In this document: one piece after another, positions 16,785 to 22,203 of the stretch
Numbering within the stretch: the stretch's first letter is position 1
Layout: every line of letters begins with the position of its first letter
Assembly (NCBI GenBank): GCA_964640155.1
Contig: CAZXEQ010000001.1
Coordinates: forward strand, 306,403 to 338,402
Length of the DNA stretch: 32,000 bases
Source of the DNA: an uncultured bacterium
GTDB lineage: Bacteria > Auribacterota > JACPWU01
Reading direction: 5' to 3'
Notes under the pieces: generated by a model
Seen by the model: only the letters and a program-made list of their open reading frames with translations
Databases searched by the model: none
Told to the model about the DNA's origin: nothing
Made by a program: the position numbers and the translations under genes

Positions 16785-17561
16785 TTAATGAGATAGCCAG
16801 TCTTTTGGAAACACGATCAAGCCTAGGGATTGAGCTTCTTCCAAAACAGCATAAAGATTAGTCAGATCCTGATCCATTGCACGAGAAGCTTCTTGAAGAG
16901 AGATTTTTTCATGAATAATTTTTACAGCCAAAAGCATTCGATCTGTAGGGACACAACAATTAAGTATAAGCGTAATCGGATTTCTAAAAAGAAAAATGAT
17001 TTGCTCTTGATCAAATAAAGACAAATACCTTTTATTTTGAATCCATTCTTTCTCTTCTAAACAATTCTCCTTAGAACGAGTGACATTTGCAAATTGGACC
17101 AAGGGATAATACGTGTTCAAAATGGCCAGGGTTGGATTCACAAGGGGCTCTTGAAGCGCAAAAATCTGAGAAATCCTTTCTTCCTCATGATAAATCACCG
17201 CTTCCATCCACTCAAATTCTGACAATTCCACATAAAAATTCTGAATACCGTACAGATTTTTCTCTTTTAAACTCTGAATAAAAGAAGGAAATGCTTCTGC
17301 ACATCTAAAAAGCTGCCAATGCGCGGGAGGATATTCTTTAAAATATTGATCAAGAATTTTCTTCCATGTCACTCCATCAAATAAAGTTTTTAAAGAAAGA
17401 AAATTTTGATCTAAAAATTTTGTTACATGACTTTTGACAAAGCGCGGATAGATAGAAAGCCTTTTAGGAGTGGTTTTAAAGTAAGAGATCCAGTCTTGAG
17501 GTTTCTCAGTCCCTCGAAGGAGTGCATGCAAATTCTCTAAAGTTTCCTGAAAAGGGCTCAT
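16785..17561 (-). CDS. DUF2063-family protein (BufC/HvfC-like RiPP maturation partner)
   Basis: 258 aa. The N-terminal half, RLSIYPRFVKSHVTKFLDQNFLSLKTLFDGVTWKKILDQYFKEYPPAHWQLFRCAEAFPSFI, follows the DUF2063 pattern (Y-R-n-n...FP...lG...f..l...Y....P......eyg..fp.Fl). Its ATG overlaps the MNIO stop as ATGA (17558..17561). Confidence 0.8.
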   Translation of the reverse strand: MSPFQETLENLHALLRGTEKPQDWISYFKTTPKRLSIYPRFVKSHVTKFLDQNFLSLKTLFDGVTWKKILDQYFKEYPPAHWQLFRCAEAFPSFIQSLKEKNLYGIQNFYVELSEFEWMEAVIYHEEERISQIFALQEPLVNPTLAILNTYYPLVQFANVTRSKENCLEEKEWIQNKRYLSLFDQEQIIFLFRNPITLILNCCVPTDRMLLAVKIIHEKISLQEASRAMDQDLTNLYAVLEEAQSLGLIVFPKDWLSH

Positions 17562-18415
17562 ACACTCCTCATTTCAGCGACTGTAACAGACTCAGCAGCC
17601 CTTCTAATTTTTCGATTTTCATCTAAAAGAACATCTAAAGTCGGAATATCGGTATCCCATTCAAGCAGTGTAGGACGAGCCCCAATTTTCCCAAGCGCAT
17701 ATTGATAAAGTTCTATGACCTCTGGGATCACATGATCGCCATGAGTATCAATAATCACTTCATCTTCTTTAAAATGACCCGCCATATGATATTGATAAAC
17801 TTTTTCTTGCGGAATGGCATCGATGAAAGCATACGGATCATATTGATGATTCTGGGCATTTACATAAATATTATTGATATCCAAAAGAAGACCACATCCT
17901 GATTTTTCTAAAATTTCCACAATAAATTCTTCTTCTTTCATTTCTGAACCCGGCATACGTACATAATAGCTGGGATTCTCAATCAAAAAAGGAACCTCTG
18001 TCATCGATTGAACCTGTTTAATTCGAGGAACGACATGATTCACAACCTCTTTAGAAAATGGCAGAGGCAAAAGATCGTGATATTCCACACCAAACGCAGA
18101 AGAAAGACAAATATGATCTGAGAAAAAGAGAGGTTTAGAAAATTCGATTAAATTTCTTAGAGATCTTAAATAATCAGAATTAAGAGAATCTGGTCCTCCT
18201 ATAGAAAGACCCACCCCATGAAGAATAAGAGGGAAAAATTCTTTGATTTGTTCTAAAACAGAATATTCCTTGCCCCCCCTCGACATAAAATTATCTGAAA
18301 GAAGCTCAAGGAAATCCACACCATCGTGGTTAGAGAGGATTTGATCAAAATGAGGGCTGCGCAGCCCAACTCCAAAAATGGAGCTGGACTGCACATTTTC
18401 CTTTAATGTCTTCAA
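17558..18415 (-). CDS. DUF692 / MNIO-family (MbnB/BufB-like) multinuclear non-heme iron oxidase
   Basis: 285 aa with family blocks throughout: GVGLRSPHF, VDFLELLSDNF, ILHGVGLSIGG, FSDHICLSS, YHDLLPLPF, PFLIENPSYY, GCGLLLDINNIYVNAQNH, YHMAGH, IDTHGDHV, PTLLEWDTDIP. The start is TTG at 18415, with AAGGTGA 7 nt upstream. Confidence 0.9.
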   Translation of the reverse strand: MKTLKENVQSSSIFGVGLRSPHFDQILSNHDGVDFLELLSDNFMSRGGKEYSVLEQIKEFFPLILHGVGLSIGGPDSLNSDYLRSLRNLIEFSKPLFFSDHICLSSAFGVEYHDLLPLPFSKEVVNHVVPRIKQVQSMTEVPFLIENPSYYVRMPGSEMKEEEFIVEILEKSGCGLLLDINNIYVNAQNHQYDPYAFIDAIPQEKVYQYHMAGHFKEDEVIIDTHGDHVIPEVIELYQYALGKIGARPTLLEWDTDIPTLDVLLDENRKIRRAAESVTVAEMRSV

Positions 18416-18450
18416 AAGACATTCACCTTATCATTACGAAGCCGTGAAAA

Positions 18451-18675
18451 CTACTCAGTGGCTTCAGTCTTGTCTCCTGAACAACTTTTTTCACCACTGC
18501 AGCTCTTTTCTCCACTACAACTCTTCTGGCCTGAGCAGCTTTTTTCACCACTGCAAGACTTCGCAGAATCTTTTGCACAACATGCCGTTTTACAACCTGT
18601 ATTCATCATGGATAAACTTGCTAATGAAATACTGGCTGCTAAAGCTCCAATAGAAATCTTTCTCTTGATGTGCAT
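18451..18675 (-). CDS. Exported Cys-repeat RiPP precursor peptide candidate (74 aa)
   Basis: MHIKRKISIGALAASISLASLSMMNTGCKTACCAKDSAKSCSGEKSCSGQKSCSGEKSCSGEKSCSGDKTEATE. The N-terminus is basic then hydrophobic (signal peptide). There are 8 Cys in the remaining 47 residues. The ATG is preceded by an AAGGAAA-like SD. The gene lies 35 nt upstream of the MNIO gene on the same strand. Confidence 0.75.
   Translation of the reverse strand: MHIKRKISIGALAASISLASLSMMNTGCKTACCAKDSAKSCSGEKSCSGQKSCSGEKSCSGEKSCSGDKTEATE
18472..18561 (-). repeat. Five in-frame 18-bp tandem repeats encoding K-S-C-S-G-[E/Q/D]
   Basis: Residues K39..D68 of the precursor. At the DNA level the 18-mers are imperfect (synonymous and E/Q/D changes), while the K-S-C-S-G residues are invariant. 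Confidence 0.85.
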
Positions 18676-18788
18676 GATATATGTTTCCTTTCTTGATGGT
18701 TAAGTAAGTAAGAAACAAACATGATAAGGATATACTGTTAAGAAAGAAGATTCAAGAGGAGGAATATAAAACTATCCATCGAATGAAG

Positions 18789-19427
18789 CTAGGAAGTTTG
18801 AAATTTAAAACTTTCAATAATCATTTTGTAAAAAGCATCGTCGCCAAATTCAAAAAATTCTCGTTTTTCTCCATCTTTATAATGTAATGAGCCAAACATA
18901 TTCCGACTAATCCTTACTCCAAAATCTTGCCCATAGAAAACCAAATAATCCCAGTCTTCTGTTTTAAAAACATGGCCTACAACGTAGAGACTTGGATCAG
19001 TCTTATATTCATAGGGAATACCTGCTGGATTTTTCTTTTTGGAAGCCATGATACCCAACATCTTCATTCCAGAATCATCTAACATGTTTTCTGAGGGTTC
19101 TCGTCCTCCACTCAATTCCTTCACCATTGATTCTTGGCCAAGTTCTCCCAATTTTTGAATGCTTACTTTTGGTGCTGATTCATAGTCTATGATGGATGGC
19201 CAATTAAAAAACATCGTACAACTATCTTTCCCCCAACTTCCAATCCTTTTAACTTCCCAGTCTTTAAAAACCGGATATTTAAAGGTAATTCCTTTTAATT
19301 CTGGGCAAAAAAAGTCGCGTATTTCAATAATTTTATATTGAGATGAATCTTCAGAGAAACTAGGCATAGGAGATACGATTAAAGATAGTAAGAACGTAAT
19401 GATTGTTTTCATTGGCAACGAAAGCAT
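18789..19427 (-). CDS. Secreted protein of unknown function (212 aa; the alternative start at 19412 gives MKTIITFLL...)
   Basis: ORF with a signal-peptide-like N-terminus (MKTIITFLLSLIVSPMPSFS/EDSS). I recognise no family. Confidence 0.6.
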   Translation of the reverse strand: MLSLPMKTIITFLLSLIVSPMPSFSEDSSQYKIIEIRDFFCPELKGITFKYPVFKDWEVKRIGSWGKDSCTMFFNWPSIIDYESAPKVSIQKLGELGQESMVKELSGGREPSENMLDDSGMKMLGIMASKKKNPAGIPYEYKTDPSLYVVGHVFKTEDWDYLVFYGQDFGVRISRNMFGSLHYKDGEKREFFEFGDDAFYKMIIESFKFQTS

Positions 19428-19452
19428 AGCATCAATTTTTTATTTTTTTAAA

Positions 19453-19478
19453 TAAGATCTTGCTGGGAGGAGGACTTG
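19453..19478 (-). repeat. Direct repeat, distal copy: duplicate of the tRNA-Leu 3' end plus 8 nt of flank
   Basis: taagatcttgctgggaggaggacttg matches 19645..19670 (taagatcttgctgggagggggacttg) at 25 of 26 positions, in the same orientation, offset by 192 bp. Confidence 0.85.
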
Positions 19479-19589
19479 GCGCCTACGTCCCTTCGGGACT
19501 CCGGTCGGCCACCCGCTCCTTTCAAGGTCTCACATCTACCACCGGCAGATGTGATTTTGGGTGTGGCGGAGCTCCCTTCAAGTCCCCAT
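19461..19589 (-). ncRNA. GC-rich structured island, possible small RNA or 5' leader (unclassified)
   Basis: Read on the minus strand, GGGGACUUG (19589..19581) pairs with CAAGUCCUC (19478..19470), 9 bp with one G-U. Internal hairpins are UCACAUCU/AGAUGUGA (8 bp, 9-nt loop) and GUCCC-GAA-GGGAC. GC content is far above the surroundings. The ORF-track calls here are in opposite strands and overlap the tRNA. Confidence 0.35.
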
Positions 19590-19644
19590 AATACCTTGAG
19601 GAACTTTTCTCCGATTAAGGATTTTCTACTTCTTTGCAATGACC

Positions 19645-19670
19645 TAAGATCTTGCTGGGAGGGGGACTTG
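19645..19670 (-). repeat. Direct repeat, proximal copy: the last 18 nt of tRNA-Leu plus 8 nt of downstream flank
   Basis: See 19453..19478. This copy overlaps the functional tRNA 3' end (19653..19670). Confidence 0.85.
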
Positions 19671-19733
19671 AACCCCCACGGGTTGCCCCATACGCCCCTT
19701 AAACGTACGTGTCTGCCGTTCCACCATCCCAGC
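19653..19733 (-). tRNA. tRNA-Leu, anticodon read as AAG; no encoded CCA
   Basis: Manual fold of the reverse complement:
- Acceptor stem GCTGGGA/TCCCAGC.
- D arm GTG-GAACGGCAGA-CAC.
- Anticodon stem TACGT/GCGTA, loop TTAAGGG.
- 13-nt variable arm TGGGGCAACCCGT.
- T arm GGGGG-TTCAAGT-CCCCC.
- Discriminator A.
The long variable arm and the D arm are Leu-like. Confidence 0.85.
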
Positions 19734-19776
19734 GTTTAAAAACCATTCTAATATTTTGTATAAAAATAAGGGACGA

Positions 19777-19806
19777 AGTATACCAAAACATCTTCTGTTT
19801 TGACAA
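19777..19806 (-). promoter_or_regulatory. Candidate sigma70-type promoter for tRNA-Leu
   Basis: On the minus strand: TTGTCA (19806..19801), an 18-nt spacer, then TATACT (19782..19777). This is about 43 nt upstream of the tRNA 5' end. Confidence 0.4.
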
Positions 19807-19834
19807 TGCAGTTTGGATTAATTGTAAACTTATC

Positions 19835-19968
19835 TAGTTCTGTGCAGAAGGGGCAAGGGGCAAGATGCAAGGCACAAGCGAGTGACCGAGGAGGCGTACA
19901 TTTTTCCGTACGTCGCACAAGGGAACGAAGCTTGTAACGCAGCAGATTGTCCCTTATCCACAGAACTA
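19835..19968 (-). repeat. Long-range inverted repeat enclosing a GC-richer 114-nt segment at the 3' end of the BT1 transporter gene
   Basis: tagttctgtg (19835..19844) pairs perfectly with cacagaacta (19959..19968). The helix is extended by aaggg/ccctt after a 3x3 internal loop. There is a central hairpin, cgtac-atttttcc-gtacg (19895..19912). The right arm overlaps the transporter stop codon. Confidence 0.5.
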
Positions 19969-21507
19969 CCCCAAATGAACTTCTATGCCTCTATGCGTAA
20001 AAGCTTTCTTTACCCAATAAACAAAGGGTATAGCCAAAAAAGTAAAAAAGGCACTCACATAAACAAAAATTTGTAAAATTAAGACCATCGGATTGTGTGT
20101 TTGAGCAATATTGAAATAAGAATATTCAAAAGAGTTCATCCATGGCTTCATCCAAGAAGCACTAAAAAGCTGATATAATCCCCCGCCCACCACATCCCCA
20201 ATCGCATTGGTAAAATTGGAAACGGACATCAAAAGTGCATAAATAAATCCTGCATTGCTTTTGGAGGCTGCTTCTCCAGCCAAAGTCAGAGGAATTAAAA
20301 AAGCTGGGATTGAAGCAAATCCAAGGACAACTTGAACCATCAAAGACCACCAGTGATAGCGATTCCAATGAGATAGAAATTCTAAAATGTTATAGAATCC
20401 ATTTCCTATCCAATTTGTTTGAAATTGGCCAGCCCAATCTAAAATTTTCTCCCATGGAAAAGAGATTGCAACAGAAAGAGGATGTGTGGAAGGCAAATAA
20501 AAATAATACCCTGCCAATAAGGATATAATGCCAAGTCCAATCATAGCGTAAAGATATCGGTCCCACGAAATCTCTTTAAAACGTCTCACCACCCAACGGT
20601 AGCAAAGCATGGAAAGAACCAACATAATGCTTTCTACGACCCCCAGAACTCCAAATATCATAGGGGTAAATTGTAGTTCTTTAACCTTGTACATTCTAGA
20701 AACATAACCCAGAGAAGGGTTAAAATTCCAAGCAATGATAAATACCACTAAAAGTAAAATATGCCCTTCACGTTTCCTGAAGTTCAAAAAAGCAGTCCCA
20801 AAATTTTTTATTTTTAAAGGAATTTGCGATATCCTCTGTCGTAAAGGAGGTCTCTCTTTTTTTACAGCAGGTTGATCTCTAATGATCTTTTCTTCTTCTA
20901 AATTTTTAAATCCAATTAATGCTGTTAAAAGAGGGAAAAAACCTGTAGCGGCAAAAATAATCCAATAAGGGAAAATGCCATCCTGAACTTTTTGCTGAAA
21001 CCATCCACTACTAAAAGCAACAAAGATGGTCGCAAACCCAAGAATCAACCATTGAAAATTAACAAAAGCACCCACCTGTTTCCATTGCTGACCATGTTCA
21101 ACCATCAAGGCATCCACTACCACATCCACAAAGGCATAGGCCAATTGTGCCAAATTGATAAAAATAAAATAGGGAACAACCCAATGAATATCAAAATAGG
21201 CGCATAGACCCACAGAAGACCAAGAGAAAAGAGCCACAAAAGCCATAATGACAAAATAAGATTTTCGTCTGTAACCAAAAAGAGGAAAACGATCTGAAAT
21301 AAAACCCCAAAGAGGTTTAATAAACCATGCCAAATGATTCAATCCTTGAAAAAATTGGCCGGCCACAGGACCCAAACGAAGAACATTCATCATATAAAAA
21401 GAAAGGGAAAGATCGGGAAGACCTTTCATGCCTTGAGAGAAATAAACGATAGCAAATACTTTTTTTAGACGACGAATATGTGAAGATTGTGAGGTTGTTT
21501 CAGACAT
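19966..21507 (-). CDS. BT1 / folate-biopterin transporter family (MFS-type) membrane protein
   Basis: 513 aa and multi-pass. The N-terminal region, VYFSQGMKGLPDLSLSFYMMNVLRLGPVAGQFFQGLNHLAWFIKPLWGFISDRFPLFGYRRKSYFVIM, follows the BT1 family pattern (YF.QG...L...F....L..P.........LPW.IKPL.G..SD..P..GYRR..Y). Confidence 0.78.
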   Translation of the reverse strand: MSETTSQSSHIRRLKKVFAIVYFSQGMKGLPDLSLSFYMMNVLRLGPVAGQFFQGLNHLAWFIKPLWGFISDRFPLFGYRRKSYFVIMAFVALFSWSSVGLCAYFDIHWVVPYFIFINLAQLAYAFVDVVVDALMVEHGQQWKQVGAFVNFQWLILGFATIFVAFSSGWFQQKVQDGIFPYWIIFAATGFFPLLTALIGFKNLEEEKIIRDQPAVKKERPPLRQRISQIPLKIKNFGTAFLNFRKREGHILLLVVFIIAWNFNPSLGYVSRMYKVKELQFTPMIFGVLGVVESIMLVLSMLCYRWVVRRFKEISWDRYLYAMIGLGIISLLAGYYFYLPSTHPLSVAISFPWEKILDWAGQFQTNWIGNGFYNILEFLSHWNRYHWWSLMVQVVLGFASIPAFLIPLTLAGEAASKSNAGFIYALLMSVSNFTNAIGDVVGGGLYQLFSASWMKPWMNSFEYSYFNIAQTHNPMVLILQIFVYVSAFFTFLAIPFVYWVKKAFTHRGIEVHLG

Positions 21508-21627
21508 GAATGATTAAACCCAAGATTTTCCAAGCTTCAAGATGTTACAAGCTTTTATAGTGCTTTAGCATAGCCCCTGTGGGGTTGCAGTACCTTCAGG
21601 TATAGTTCTTTAGGGTTTGAACTTCTT

Positions 21628-22203
21628 TTAATTTGCCGTGTCTTGAATAGGAATTTCTTTCAACGGTTGAGATTCTGCCACTTCTTCAACAGATTCAGAT
21701 GAAGTATTCGTCTCTATATTCGAAGTCGTTGTTCCTATAGCAGTTTCTTGAGATGTCGCTGTCGCAGGAGCAGTCTGTGTTGTAACAGCTGGTGAAGTAG
21801 CTACAGTTGAATCTGATTTAGCTTTTTCACTCAAAGGTAAATCTTTTGTAATTTCTTTTAAAACTTCTTGAAGTTCTTCTTTTGATTTTCCTTCTAGCCC
21901 TGGCAAGGTGCTCTCTTCTTGAGCGATAGGCTGAGTTGCAACGGATGGTTTAGGTATTTTCACCACAGAAGAACTTTTACGAGCGGTTGTAAACGCAAGA
22001 CCCAAACTGGTCAGCATAAAAAGAACAGCCATGACAGTTGTTATCTTCTTTAAAAAATCACTGGCCTGTGCACCCAATGCTGACTCCACAGCGGCTGTTC
22101 CAAATGTTGCTGCAAGTCCAGCTCCCTTTCCAGCCTGTAATAAAACAGTAGTAATTAACCCTAAAGAACAAACCACGTGAATCACAATTAAAAATACAGT
22201 CAT
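21628..22203 (-). CDS. secG: Preprotein translocase subunit SecG with a long low-complexity C-terminal extension
   Basis: The N-terminal 75 aa match SecG (HVVCSLGLITTVLLQAGKGAGLAATFG... then a second TM, MAVLFMLTSLGLAF). The gene sits in the conserved tpiA-secG position. The remaining ~115 aa are S/T/A/E-rich. Confidence 0.8.
   Translation of the reverse strand: MTVFLIVIHVVCSLGLITTVLLQAGKGAGLAATFGTAAVESALGAQASDFLKKITTVMAVLFMLTSLGLAFTTARKSSSVVKIPKPSVATQPIAQEESTLPGLEGKSKEELQEVLKEITKDLPLSEKAKSDSTVATSPAVTTQTAPATATSQETAIGTTTSNIETNTSSESVEEVAESQPLKEIPIQDTAN

Noticed and set aside
18472-18561. Short tandem DNA repeats that could be mistaken for a CRISPR-like or VNTR array.
   Set aside because: - The period is 18 bp with no spacers.
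- The repeats are in-frame inside a 74-aa ORF with SD and signal peptide, and K-S-C-S-G is conserved at the amino-acid level.
- This is a coding repeat, not CRISPR.
18729-18755. Candidate promoter for the RiPP operon: TTGAAT, a 15-nt spacer, then TATATC on the minus strand.
   Set aside because: - The spacer is shorter than the usual 16-18 nt, and the -10 is mediocre.
- Similar strings are expected by chance in AT-rich DNA.
- It is mentioned only as context and is not reported as a feature.
19461-19589. Possibility that the GC island is SRP (4.5S) RNA, tmRNA, 5S rRNA, tRNA-Sec or a second tRNA.
   Set aside because: - No GGAAGCAGCC-type helix-8 motif.
- No 5' partner (GCTGGGA) for the acceptor-like 3' end.
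- No 5S loop motifs.
- No UCA anticodon loop with an 8/5 acceptor/T architecture.
- The similarity to tRNA-Leu is confined to the last ~18 nt plus flank.
19448-19739. 63-aa minus-strand and 87-aa plus-strand ORFs across the GC island and tRNA-Leu.
   Set aside because: - They overlap each other and a tRNA gene.
- They have Pro/Gly/Arg/Ser-rich composition typical of translated GC-rich RNA genes.
- There are no ribosome-binding sites.
19453-19968. Integrated prophage or genomic island at the tRNA-Leu.
   Set aside because: - The duplicated tRNA ends are only 192 bp apart.
- No integrase, excisionase or phage gene lies on either side. The neighbours are a secreted orphan protein and a BT1 transporter.
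- At most this is a scar.
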